Below, in pieces: positions 14,420 to 26,990 of a stretch of DNA of 64,000 nucleotides (positions within the stretch are counted from its first letter, which is position 1; each line of letters begins with the position of its first letter). This DNA comes from Vicugna vicugna (taxonomy: Eukaryota), in the NCBI GenBank assembly GCA_013265495.1, contig MU061579.1, positions 668,872 through 732,871 of the forward strand, read 5' to 3'. Both the position numbers and the translations under genes were made by a program. The notes beneath the pieces were generated by a model. The model made no database searches. It was not told the DNA's origin and saw only the letters and a list, made by a program, of their open reading frames with translations.

Positions 14420-14670
14420 TAGCTGTGCTATAGAATTGCTTCCAACTTAAAGTAAAAGAAAACCTAATCCATAGTAGTTAAAGAAAGAGTGTTTATTTTT
14501 GTCATGAAGTGTGAACTTTGGTGTGACGGCTGGCCTTGTTCCGGTTACTCAACGTTCCATGTTATCCAGGTTCCTCTGGCTTTCACTTTTTCTAGCTTTC
14601 TTGTAGTTTGTTTGTTCCATTCTTACTGCCTCATTATTACAACATGGCTGCTGTACTATCAGGCATTTAG
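14420..14670 (-). mobile_element. Old MaLR LTR fragment (MLT1-type)
   Basis: 'ttccaacttaaagtaaaagaaaacctaatccatagtagttaaa...tttattttt...acaacatggctgctgtactatcaggcat' resembles antisense MLT1K/L. Confidence 0.45.
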
Positions 14671-15391
14671 AGTGGGCTTAAAATTATCAGTAGTAATTCT
14701 CCTCTCTCTTCCTTAGCTCCAAAACCACTGAATAGATAGACACAGAAATCACACACAGTTAAATTTGTCTTCTCTGTCTCTGATTATCCTCACTCGGTGA
14801 CAGGTCTCGGCACTGTAGTTAAATGAGTTCTTGAAAACACACTTGTCCAGTTACGCACACAAAATGTGGTATGACCCTCCACAGCAAGACTTTTGAAGGC
14901 CTCCCTTTCAAGGTCAGGTGAATGTACCACCACCTGAATGAACAGAGAAGACCTTTGTCCTGAGGACGAATGCTCCAGGGACTAGGCTATATACATGTTG
15001 TTTCTTTCCTCAATCTTTCTTCCCCTCTGGGAAGGGAGTGCAAGAAGCAGGAAGACAATGGAAGCTGTCTCTGCGCTGATTATAAACCAAGATCATTTAG
15101 ATAATTTTCTATGGAGTGTTGGGAAAAAAACGGAGCCTGAATATCTACTTTAATTTGGAGTTGGGTTTCTTCAGTCTTTACGTGCTTTATCAATAAGAAG
15201 AAATTTAACATGGAAAAGACTCAAGAAATAACTGGACCTAGGCAATAAATAGAGGTTTACAATCAAAATAACCTTGAATTCGTAGTGAAGTTAAAAAAAA
15301 AAAGGTTTTGTGACCTTGCATATTGCAAGCTTCTCCATCATAGTCTCTGAATTGTTGCTATGTTCAAAGGAGTTTCCATGTAAGCACTCAG

Positions 15392-15431
<40 letters not shown>

Positions 15432-15439
15432 CATCCATC
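15392..15439 (+). repeat. (TATC)10(CATC)2 microsatellite
   Basis: Read directly from the sequence. Confidence 0.97.
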
Positions 15440-15769
15440 GTAAATGCCAGGTCCTAAGTATATGTGCATACATCCTAAGTGTAAATGTATATACACTTGC
15501 TATATGACAAACAGTCTTGGTTTCGTTCTGTGACAAAAGGCTAGATCTCAAAACCAAACCAACTGCCTTGAAAATACTGAATCTGAGTCAAAGTGATAAT
15601 AAAATAAAAAGATACAGATTATCTCAAGCACTGGACAAAAAGCATATTCAAAGGCAGGTGAGTGATACTGGATGCAAGAAAATAAACAAAGCTGTGGTAA
15701 CAGAATAATAATAGTGATCATAGAACAGTTGGCCAAGTTTGGGCAAAAAGAAATGATTCAACATAAGTT

Positions 15770-15840
15770 TTCATTTTATGAATAGTGAAACCGAAACTCA
15801 GAGAAGTTTAAGTGATTTGGTTCAATGCATACCGGGAGTT
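15770..15840 (-). mobile_element. MIR core fragment
   Basis: 'cattttatgaatagtgaaaccgaaactcagagaagtttaagtgatttggttcaa'. Confidence 0.6.
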
Positions 15841-18689
15841 AGGGAAAAAAATTTAGACTGAAGTTCCTGTCTCCTTTCTCTCTTTTTGATGTTCTTTCCA
15901 TGATAGAAGTGTTCCGTCAGTCATTTTGCACCGTATGGTAAGGTTCAGAAAAAAATAGTACAGGGAGTTACAGACAAACCTGGTTTTTGGTATTGGTTGT
16001 AGAGAGAATGATAGACAATGTCCAACTGTGTGTCTTATGTCACTGAACAAGAACAACAAAGCACACACAAAAAATCTGCATTTAAATTGCTGAGGTTGTC
16101 TGTTTGAAAGGGTACTGGCCAGTGATGAGTTGCACACATGTTAAAGGAAAGAAGTCTCAAGGAAGGTAAAAAATAGGGAAGACTTGAAAACGGCCCCTGG
16201 CAAATATGGAAGAATGAATTGCTATACTTGGCTAAACTGGCTTAAAGTTTAACCTTGCTCTTGGATTTGCATCAGTGCAGTTTTAACTGTCTTGCTCTAA
16301 AAATCCAGATTTTCTATTTTACGTAACAGCAACCTCTTATTTAAACATAATTAGAGAATGTGCTAGCAACAGCCTCAAGCACTGAAAGTCCAGCATGTCA
16401 TAAATGTCTAGCATCAAAGAAATTCAGCAAGGCAGCCACTCTGATGTGCTACCTCGTAGGAAGGAAATTGGCAAGCAGAAATAATTTCAGTGACCTCCAA
16501 AGACAAAGGAAGACTATGAAAAAATATCGAGCATATTCGATTCGCTTTCACATTTAACAGGAGGGCTCTGAACATTTAGAAGCTCTACGATTATTTCATA
16601 CTTAATTTAACACCTTGGTAATATACTTCTTTCACATCATACTTCGTGACTCCTGTACAACCTGCTTCCCTAAGATAGTCAATTAGGTTGACAATGGCAA
16701 CAGATGTTAGGTTTAGGGTTTCTTTCACACTGACTTCTTTGTAAAGTATCAGAGATCTTAAATAAATTTAATTTAAAATTTAACAAAAAGACACATGTGC
16801 GGTTTAATAGCAAAATCATTTACTAAAAGAGTCTGTTATCTCATTTTGGATATAAGTCTTTATAATTTGATTTTGAAGGTAAATGGCAACACAGATCTTA
16901 CAAACTGGGAGAGGTTGTGTATACCCAGAAAGTTCTTCCGAGCACAGGACCTAACCGCTACCAAGCTTGAAGTGTGCTGACTTTTCCTGAGGCCACTTAC
17001 CCCATGGGAGATAACATTCCTTTTCTTAGGGTTGTTCAACTCTGTATCACTTGGAAATTGTCATGTAGAAGAGAAAGAAACACAGGATTCTGATTATGTA
17101 GGGAATGCTTATGAGATTTATCTCCCACCTGACCTCTACTATAGGGACTTTACAAATTAATCTTCATTATCATATTGAGAGAGGCATCTTGTCAAAGTCT
17201 TTATCTTCTATATCTATATTCATTAAAACTTTGATTAATAGGAACTTAAGATTCAAAAGCCTCAATTAACTGATTTTTTTTCTGTGCTCCACTTTTAAGG
17301 GAGAAAAGTAATTCATTAAAAGAGGGAAAAAAAGATAATTTCAGGGATTTATTATAAAACCTCAACTTTCAGCCTCTTGTTCAAATCAGTGAGTCTTTCT
17401 TTGTACCACACCTTCTACATATCAGATATCACTGAAGATAAAAGAAATTCAAAGATCACTGCCTTCTAAATGCTCAAGTCCAAGAGGAAGGGCAGATATA
17501 CACAAGTTACAGATTTAAAGACAAGAAAGACTGAGCAATTCTACCTGGAAAAGAGGAAGAAAACTGTTAAGAAAGGCTTAAGAACAGAGCAAATTTTTCT
17601 ACTATGTCCTATTTCTTCTCTAATTACATTACTTTAAAGTGATTCTGAAACCCTCCAAATCATAAATCACCAAAGAATAATAATGCCTATTTGGTAAGGA
17701 AGAAAAGTATATTAAATATAATTATATATATTTAATAAATATTATAGGTATGGAAATCAGTGCACATATAACAAGAAAACTGATCAACCACAATTTCTCA
17801 TATAGTCAATACAACACCTCTTATTTATGCCATCCTCTGATTAAAGCACAATTCATGACATGTAATCATATATCTATTTTTTTTTTCACTATACCTTTAA
17901 ATTCATTCTCTGGAGCAAGGATTTTCCTATGTTACTGACTGAAATTAAAGATTTGTTTTTGGTTTTTTGTTGTTGTTTTTTTTTGACTTTCAAGTTAGCA
18001 AAAATTCTCTAGATAGTACTTAATGTCTAGTCCAAAATATATTAATAGTAAAATACAGTCCTGAACTGTATTGCAAGCTACTCTTAGTTTCTCTTTTGAG
18101 AATGTGGTAGGATTATGATGAGAGAGGGGTGGGGTGGCCTCCTTTTCTCTCTCCTTTTATTTCTTTCTGTTATACATTTTGCTATCAGCTTTTGTTCTTT
18201 TTTTCTTTTTCTTTTTCTTTTTTTTTTTTGACTCCAACAGTGTAGGGTCTGAGGTTGAGGACAAGGGAAATAGAAAAAGAAGAGAGTTTAGGGAGCATGG
18301 AAGGAATGGTTGGACCAACGTTAAACTAAATGTTTACTTTGGCTGCTGAAAAGTTTTAATGCTGACACTTTCTTTCAATGGTGCTGTATTGAATTCCTTG
18401 GAAATTCACTCACATGCCCACTTGGAGGACATTTTGCACATCCACTCTGTTAAGAAGACTGAAGACCTCTCTTTCCTGGATGACCCTTTACATCTTCATC
18501 AGTCCTGAGGCACCTAAAAATCCTAAAAATCCCTCTTACTAGTGTATGCTTCTTCATGGAGGAGATGGGTAGCTGACCACCCAGGAGGCATCTTTCTCTC
18601 TCGTAGTGTAGAGATGTTTCCTCGTGGTGGTGCCTTGGCCAAGAGGCTACATTTTGGGGCATCCCCTTTGTATCTGTGCTTGGACATGT

Positions 18690-18962
18690 GTTCTGAAAAG
18701 AAGACCCTGTCTATATCAGTTCTGGATCAAAGTGGGTAAGATGTGCCTTTCCAGCACCCAGCTGAATGGGGAGAAAAATTCTACAGGTCTGGAGTAGCCG
18801 TGCAATAGAAGGACCTTGGATCCCTAAAGAAACTACAAGGAAGAAAGCCTCCTTTCTACGTGCTTGGACTTAATACAAGCTGAAATAACATTTTATTTTA
18901 TTTAGCCTCTGGAAGTATAGGATGTATGTCTTGACAGCAACGACCCAGCGTGACTAAAACCA
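18690..18962 (+). mobile_element. Old MaLR LTR 3' half (MLT1H-J-like)
   Basis: 'tagaaggaccttggatccct...gaaataacattttattttatttagcctctg...tgacagcaacgacccagcgtgactaaaac' resembles an MLT1 3' end. Confidence 0.5.
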
Positions 18963-19704
18963 AAACACCCCTCGATGAAGTTACGGGTCTGAGTATTGTT
19001 GTTCTTTCTGTTTATTGATCATGGTTCAAATCTGGTCAAAGGTAAACACCTGACATTGTCTTCCCTGACAAAATCTGGGCACACAAGTTGTTCCAGGCGG
19101 CCGCTTCTCCTTTGCTATGCTGTCAAAGCAGCTAACAGCTATGTTTTGTTCTTCCCTATTTTCCAGGTTGGAGTCACACATACCACCACTGTGATCCCAA
19201 AATTTAACAGTATCAATAATCAGCTTTCAAGTGATCTCCTTAAAGCTCTTTTTTTTTTTTTTAACACCTACTTCCTGCTGGAAGCTTTTAAGCAACTCAA
19301 ATCCACCTTCTACCATATTTTGTAAGTCCTTGGCAGACGTCTTACGACTTATATCAAAAATATGGTATCTATTTTCTATGGGCTTCAAACAGCACTTCTA
19401 TTTTAACTTCCTTTTATATTTATATAGCATTTTGAAATACTCAAAACTTTATCACATTTACTTATTTATTTGACCTTACAATAATATCTATGCAATAATA
19501 GAGACTCACCCCCAAAGAAGCAAGTACTGAAAATATGTTGGGAAAATTATTTGCCCCCAAGATTTCTGGAGTCTTCCAGTTATACTTTCTCAAAACCACT
19601 CTAACTTGACTTCCATGAATTTATACTATTTAAGGAGAAAAAAAGAGGTTGAAAAATCTTTAAAACAATGACGGTAACATTGTTTTTTCCTTTCAGCAAA
19701 TGGC

Positions 19705-19875
19705 GAGAGTGTTGGAATAGTGGTGAGGATTCCTGGGGGGCTGATAGAAATGTTAGCTCTCTTAATTGTGGTGGTGGTTTCATAGGTGTATACATCTATC
19801 AAAATTCATCAAACTGTACATCTAAAATATATGTAGTTTCCTGTACAGGAATTATAAAGATGTTAAAAAAAATAA
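19705..19875 (+). mobile_element. L1M (MD/ME-type) 3' terminus
   Basis: 'tcctgggggg...gatagaaatgttagctctcttaattgtggtggtggtttcataggtgtatacatctatcaaaattcatcaaactgtacatctaaaa' followed by an A tail. Confidence 0.8.
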
Positions 19876-19913
19876 ATGGAGAGAATGAGAGAAAGATGGA
19901 GATAATGTACCTA

Positions 19914-20096
<183 letters not shown>

Positions 20097-21469
20097 CTAA
20101 TATTGCATAAGACAATGATATTTAAAAGGAACTCATTAAATTTCATAGCATGCTATCCAACATAGTCTGTTCCTTAATTTATCCTGCATGTAGCATCTTT
20201 TTATTTGTGGTTAGGAGGTGAAAGGGACTCTCCTCAATAACCTGTGTCCCGTAATTGATTTCTAAGTAGTGCAGGGGGAGGAAAGGTCAGCAATAAAACA
20301 AAGGGGAAAAAAATGCCACCACTGAGTGTGGGAATCCTACACGAAGATACAGGTCTTCCTAATTGTATCGAAGCTTAATCCTCAAGGCATCATCAACTAA
20401 CCCGGCAAATCAAAACCCCCAGCATTAAATTCAAGGACAAGCAGCAGTGAATTACAGAATGCCAGGCTCCTGGTAATCCCGGCAATGGTCTCTTCGCACC
20501 CCTCTGCATCCTCTCATTTACCTTGGCTTCTAAATGAAGACACAAACACCTGTTCCAGCAGCAGGTGGCATTTGTTTACTATAGCTTTGCCTGCTGCGTT
20601 TTAATCAGTCTGCAGCTGTAGGAACCCGCCTGAATAACAGATTATAGGACCAGGTTTTTACAGAATGGTATTTTCCATGAAGAAGTGCAGTTTGATACAA
20701 CACTTTCATCATACACAAAACACTATATTAGTGGCATTTATTCCTCCATTTCTCTTCCCCTAACATTTAGGGCTACTAATTAGTGAATCATTTCACATGC
20801 AGAGTTAGAAAGCTAAGCTCTTATTTTTGTGCCCTCAGGGAAACTCTTGTTTTGTGCTCTTATTACAAAAATCCCTGTTTCTTACGAAGAGAATGACTAA
20901 TCCCTCCCTGCTCGTGTGTTCCTCTGTTGTAAGCCTCCGAAAGATTGTCAAGGCAACTTCCATCTTAGGAAGGAAGAAAAAAAATAAAAAGAATCAACAA
21001 GAAAAAGCAAAACAAAACAAAAAACACTATGTCTAGATAACAATGAATCTCTGTGTTCAAACTCCATAACGACTCTTTAAAAAACACACAATAAGAATTT
21101 GAAAATGACTCAAATACTACAAGGTAAAAAGAAAACGTTATAAGAAGTGAACTTCTTTCTTGACGATACTGAGATTTTCTGCAAATGTTATTCTTCCTCT
21201 AATTTTTTTTAGTACGTGTGTTTGTTCTTTCTATTTCTTTTGGAGGAGGATCATCATTCAATTAATGTTGATAGAACATTTATAAAGTTGGTGACTAAAA
21301 CAATGAAATATATTAGTTATTCGGAATCTCTTCAGGAGAGTAAAACTTTCACTTCTGTTTTTAAGCACTCATATTTCAGGGCTCAGCAGAGATGCTACAA
21401 AAATTAGAACTGTTTGAAATCTTTGAGAAGTGAGTGAATGAGTGAGCATATCAGGTCCCCGTTTCTCTC

Positions 21470-21765
21470 CCCATTAACACCTTTGCTCAGACGCCATATT
21501 TCTACAGAGGACCTTTTTCTGCATTAATTATTACCTATGCCATTATTTTGCTTCATTTTTCTTCATAGCAGTTATTACTCCTGACATATTGTATGTTTAT
21601 TCATTTGTTTATTATCTCCCTCTCCTTAATACATTACAGATACATTTTACAAAATCTATTAGAGCAGACCTTTAATAATTGTTTTATCAACTTATCTTCT
21701 AGGTCCAAAGGACCCAGTGTGTCAGGGACACTCTAAGTGATCAGTAAATATACACTGAATGTAAA
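21470..21765 (+). mobile_element. L2 3' end
   Basis: 'ttttcttcatagcagttattactcctgacatattgtatgtttattcatttgtttattatctccctc...tcagtaaatatacactgaatg'. Confidence 0.65.
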
Positions 21766-21899
21766 AACGAAGTTAATGGGTGAGTATGTGAGTGGGTAAG
21801 TGCTTTAGTGAGTGAGTAGATTCAATGCTCAAATGTTATGAGAACCTCTTATGTGCCAGGAGACAAAGAAATTTAAAATAAAAATGTGTATTCTCTGTT

Positions 21900-22290
21900 T
21901 TAGGCAAGAGGGGGACAGTAGAGTTAAGAGAAGGTCTATATAAAAGTAGGGGTAGGTGAATCACGGGAATTTAGAGCAGTGAAACTATCCTGTATGATGC
22001 TTATTAAAGGGGGGAACTATGACATGATGCCTTTGACAAAATCCACAGCACTGTGCAACACAAAGAGTGAACCCTGACGTAAGCTGTGGGCTTTAGTTAC
22101 TAATAATGTATTGAACTGATTCACCAATTGTAACACCAACTGCATACACCAATGCAAGATTTTAACAATATTGCAAAACGTGAGAGGAGAGGGAATATAT
22201 GGGAACTCTCTGTACTATGTGATTCTTCTATAAAGAGAAAACTACTCTAGGAAATAAAGTCTATTAAATTTTTAAAAATAGGTTAAAAAA
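21900..22290 (+). mobile_element. L1MC-type 3' UTR and terminus
   Basis: 'gcagtgaaactatcctgtatgat...caacacaaagagtgaaccctgacgtaagctgtgggcttt...atatatgggaactctctgtact...aaataaagtctatt' is characteristic of L1MC1/L1MB 3' ends. Confidence 0.8.
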
Positions 22291-22603
22291 AGTAAGACAC
22301 AAGGAGAAATTTCAGAAACCTAGGTGTCATAATTTTTAACAGTGTATAAAAACAGAGAAATTTGTAGAATTAACTTTGTAGTTAGAAAGATTCTGGACTA
22401 ACAAAGTCTCCTTTTAAAAGCTGAGTACTAATTTTTCATTAAAGTGAGCAAGATAAAATGCTCAGGACCAAATTTTTTCAAAAATTTGTATAGAAGAAAT
22501 TAGAACATGGAACCAAATAACATCCCTACAAACAGTGAAAGACTTGAAAGATACCAGAAAGACGTGCCCACAAAGCAGAAAAAAAAAATTAGTCTACTAT
22601 TTC

Positions 22604-24569
22604 TTTTTCTCCCCAGTTCTATTGTGATGCAATTGACACATATCACTGTCTATATTTAAGGGGTACAGAATAATGGTTTGGCTTATGTATGCTGTGAAAT
22701 GATTACTGCAGTAAGTTTAGTTAGCACCCATAATCTCATTCAGATACAATAAAAAAGGAAAGCAAAAAAAACCCAACTTTTTTTTCTTGGGATGAGAACA
22801 CTTAAGATTTACTTTCTTAACAATTTCGTACACATCATACAGCAGTGTTACCTACAGTCATTATGCCATGTGTTGTATCCCTGGTACTTACTTATCTTAT
22901 AACTGGAAATTTGTACCTTTTGACCACCTTTCTTCAGTTCCCGCTCACCCCATGTCCTTCCTCTGGTACCACAAATCTGATCTATTTTACTATGAGTTTG
23001 ACATGTTTTAATTTTTTTAATGATTCCGCATATAAGTGAGGTCATACAGTATTTGTCTTTCTCTGTCTGACTAATTTCACTTAGCATAATTACGTAAGGT
23101 CTGTCATCAACGTTGCTGCAAATGGCAAATGACAGGATTTCTTTTCTTGTGGCTGGATAATACATATATAATATGTATATATATGTAATAACTTCTCTAT
23201 CTAGTCCTCTGTCAATGAACACTAGGTTGTTTCCATATTTTTGCTATAGCAGTTAATAATACTGCTATACATGGGAGGTGAAGATTTTTGGGGGGGCTAG
23301 CGTTTAGTGTTTTCATTTCCTTTGGCTTTATTCTCAGAAATGATATTGCTGGATGGAAAGTTAGTTCTATTTTTATTTTTCTGAGGATCCTCCATACTAT
23401 TCTCCATAGTGGCTGCACCAATTTACAATCCCACAGTGGACAAGGGCTCCCTTTTTCCACATTCTCGCCAGTACTTGTTATCTCTTGTCTTTTTAATGAT
23501 TGTTATCCTAAAAGGTATGACATGACACCTCGCTGTTTTCTTTAAAATTGTTTTTAATTTTATATTTTAATTTTCAGTATGGTTAAATATTGATCATTGT
23601 GATTTTGACTTGTATCTCCCTAATGCCTAGCGATGTTGACCATTTTTTCAAGTACCTGTTGGCCTTTTATATATCTTCTTTGGCGAAATGTCTATTCAGA
23701 TCTTTTACCCATTTTTAATTGGGTTATTTATTGTTTTGCTACTGAGTTGTACGAGTTCTTTGTATATTTTGGATGTTAACCCTTTAGCAGATGTATGGTT
23801 TGTGAATATTTTTATTGTTTCACAGGTTGTCTTTTTTTGTATATAAATATTTTTATTGAAGTGTAGTCAGTTTACAATATTGTGTCAATTTCTGATGTAC
23901 AGCATAATGTTTCAGTCATACATGAACGTACATATGTTCATTTTCATACTCCTTTTCACCATAAGTTACTACAAGATATTGAATATAGCTCCCTGTGCTA
24001 TACATATGAATTTGTTTTCTGTTTTATATATATTAGTTAATATTTGCAAATCTCGAACTTCCAATTTATCCCTTCCCACCCACTTCCCACCCTGGTAACC
24101 ATAAGTTTGTTTTCTATGTCTGTGAGCCTGTTTCTGTTCTGTAAATAAGTTTGTTTGTATTTTTTTTTAATTCCACATAGAAGTGATATCATATGGTATT
24201 TTTCTTTCTCTTTCTGGCTTTCCTCATTTAGAATGACAATCTCCAGGTCCATCCATGTTGCTGTAAGTGGCATTATTTTATTCTTTCTAATGGCTGAGGA
24301 GTATTCCATTGTATAAATATACCATAACTTCTTGCCTTTGCTGTCCAGAGCCTTTAAATCTGAGGTAGTCCCACTTGTTTGTTTTTGAGTTTGTTGCTTC
24401 TACTTTGGGTGTCATGTCCAAAATTGTTGTTGAGACTCATATGAAGAAGCATTGTTTTCTATTTTTTTTTTACAACTTTCATGGTTTCATATCTTACATT
24501 AAAGTCTAATCCATGTAGGATTAATTCAATTTTTTGTGACTTTTATAGGATAAGGGTCTAGTTTTATAC
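22604..24569 (-). mobile_element. L1MA-type element (3' UTR and ORF2 C-terminus), 5'-truncated, interrupted by a younger L1
   Basis: Minus ORFs 23212-23460 (CKLVQPLWRIVWRILRKIKIEL...IAKIWKQP) and 22848-23222 (IMLSEISQTEKDKYCMTSLICG) match the L1 ORF2 C-terminus. A 14-bp target-site duplication with 12/14 identity flanks it: tagtctactatttc (22590-22603) and taatcgactatttc (24570-24583). Confidence 0.9.
23832..24333 (-). mobile_element. Younger camelid/cetartiodactyl L1 3' end nested in the L1MA element
   Basis: ORF 24037-24309 MEYSSAIRKNKIMPLTATWMDLEIVILNEESQKEKEKYHMISLLCGI is a well-preserved L1 ORF2 C-terminus. The 3' end reads 'tttttattgaagtgtagtcagtttacaat'. Confidence 0.9.
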
Positions 24570-24583
24570 TAATCGACTATTTC

Positions 24584-26440
24584 AAAACAACTAAAACATA
24601 TTTTTAGAAAGTTATACAAGATATGAAAAACCTCATAAATCTGAAATATTTTAATATAAAGTAAATAATGAAAAAGTAAGAGAAAAATAATTTGTTATGG
24701 GAACTAACCAAACAAAACATAACAGTGAAAAATTATAAGAGGTAATGCCTTGAAAAGAATAGAAAATGACAGAGAAGACTTTTAAAAGTAAAGTAAAAGA
24801 AAGATAAAAGTTTTGAGAAAGTAACAAATATTTAATCAGACAAGGAATATATTCCATATGGACAATGGGAGTCTTAAGAAGAAAACCAAAATAAGACAGC
24901 AATACAAAACAAATCTAGAATGCGATGTAACCATCATTAAAATTTTAAAAGCTGCTTGAAGCAATATATTGAAAGGGCACACACACACACAAGAAAAAAT
25001 ACTAAAATCAAGATATATTCTTTAAAATTATTAATACGTTTAGAAAAATAAAAACCTTCTACATCTAGGCAAAACAAGTAAGAACTTGCAAGAAAAAGAA
25101 AATTAGATTATCCTCATATGGTTTTTTAAGAGCAATGTATTTGCATAAAAAATGGGAAATAAAATTTAAGATAGGTAAAGGTAGAAAGTGTCCAGGGAGG
25201 TTATGCTGAGTGGAAGGTAGAAATGTCTCTCAATGATAAATGATACAGACAAGCTATTATCAACATGCAAGCACCTGGGAAATATTATTCTAATGCACCA
25301 TTCCTGAGGAATGTGCTAGAGAAAGAGCACGAGATCACAAAATGAATAGAGACATTGACGTAAGGACTGAGAGCGAGGATTTTTACATGGGCACTTCTAG
25401 AACTAAGACTTCATTATAGTAAAAGAGAGAGAGTGTAATGAGTAATGGCTATATCCCATGACAATATATGTGCCACTGCAAAACTGTAGAGGTGGAGACT
25501 GGGGAAGGCAAATGCAAAGTTTTTTTGTTAATTATATTGCTTACTTTATGAATATCAGTTTTATGGGTATTTGTGAAATATTATCCTGAGACCATTGTGT
25601 GTATGATTTGCAATTAAAAATAAAGAAATTTATCAACCCTGTGTCCTAGAAAAACCAAGATTCTACGTGTGGAAGAAAGAAAAAAAAGAAGAGCTAAGGT
25701 AATATAGAAGGCTTTGAGTATAATCTCATAGTCCTGAATTTAAAATAGCAGTACGACAATTGAGATATTTTTTAAAAATATATAAAACATTTCTAAAGAA
25801 TTCAGAATTGAAGAAGCTCACAATGTTCAAAGGTGAGAAATTTGAGCTTTTAAAAGTAAGAAGATTTGGAGGGTAAGGTTTAACTCAAGTGGTAGAGTGC
25901 TTGCTTAGCATGCATGAGGTCCTGGGTTCAATCCCCAGTACTTCCCCTTAAATAAATAAGTAAACCTAATTACCCCCCTCAAAAAAAAAAAGTATAAGGT
26001 TTGCTGTGGATTGAAACTCATCAAATTTGTTTACATTCATGAATATATATATGTATGTATGTGTACACACACAGACACACAAATACATGCCCATGTATAC
26101 TTAGCTCTGGGAGAGAGTAAGAACTAAATTTTATCTTAAAAGCTGGTAAATTAAGGGGAAAAATAAATGTTTATTCTATCTTTCTTATGTTAATTAAAAA
26201 CTGTATAAGCAAATAATTGATGAAAGAGAGTTTCCTTTTGTAAAAGTTTTCAGCAAAAATATTAAAATGAAATTAATAGAATTTGACCATCATCAGTGAT
26301 TTCTGCCTCTGATATATTGCTGGATCTCAACATTGAACAACAAACAGATACTAGTAAAGACAAAGGGAAACTCCAGACATTATGGGCCTTCAGGTAAAAA
26401 CAAACCAGCAAAACAATAAGCAGCAGCAACAGCAGCAGTT
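24584..26440 (+). mobile_element. Ancient L1 ORF1-like / HAL1-like element, highly decayed
   Basis: A-rich sequence with ORF1-like remnants: 'caatgggagtcttaagaagaa' (IGVPEE-like), 'atattgaaagggcacac' (IERAH) and 'aaaattagattatcctcatat' (KIRL.SD-like). Extent uncertain. Confidence 0.5.
25868..25991 (+). mobile_element. tRNA-derived SINE, camelid Vic-1-like
   Basis: A box 'taactcaagtgg', B box 'ggttcaatcc', tRNA-Ala-like body 'agagtgcttgcttagcatgcatgaggtcctgggttcaatccccagtac', tail 'aaataaataagtaaacctaattacccccc' plus poly-A. Degenerate TSD aaaagtaagaagattt / aaaagtataaggttt. Confidence 0.9.
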
Positions 26441-26789
26441 TTCAGTCTTGCCAAATAATTGAACTCTGAAAATGGATCTGAACAAGGCTCTGACCCCCCC
26501 ATTCGCAGTAAAAGGTGCCACCATCTATCCACTTGCTCAAACAAAACTTCTAAGAATCATCTTGGGATCTCCTTCTTCACTCACTCCCTTCCTCTTGCAC
26601 TGAATCCATCAGCCAGCTCCATGAGGGCCAAGACACATCTGTCTAGTCACTGATAGATCCTCAGACTAAACACTGCCTGTCACAGACTAGGTTTTGAGGG
26701 AGAAAATATGAATAAATACAAATATTTGTCATTATGTGCAATAATTTTCTTCCAAAAATAATTCATATTTCTAGATCGGCATTACAGTT

Positions 26790-26990
26790 TTACAGTTAAG
26801 AGTCTAGACTCCTTTGAATTCAAATCTATCCTCTAACACTTACAGGTTCCTAGATCAAGCTCTTTGGGCATTATTTTTCTTATCTGCAAAATGAGTATAA
26901 TGCTGGTACTTATCTCACAGGCAGTTTAGAAAATTGAACGAGTTACTATGTGTAAAGTACTCAAAATTGTGTTTTGGTACATAGTGAGGG
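26790..26990 (+). mobile_element. MIR SINE
   Basis: 'tttcttatctgcaaaatgagtataatgctggtacttatctcacaggcagtttagaaaattgaacgagttactatgtgtaaagtactca'. Confidence 0.8.

Noticed and set aside
17710..17737. 11-bp AT-only inverted repeat (possible cruciform)
   Set aside because: Expected by chance in (TA)-rich low-complexity sequence.
25868..25945. tRNA-Ala-like gene (also 32210-32287 on the minus strand)
   Set aside because: Both have SINE tails, poly-A and TSDs, so they are SINE heads rather than tRNA genes.
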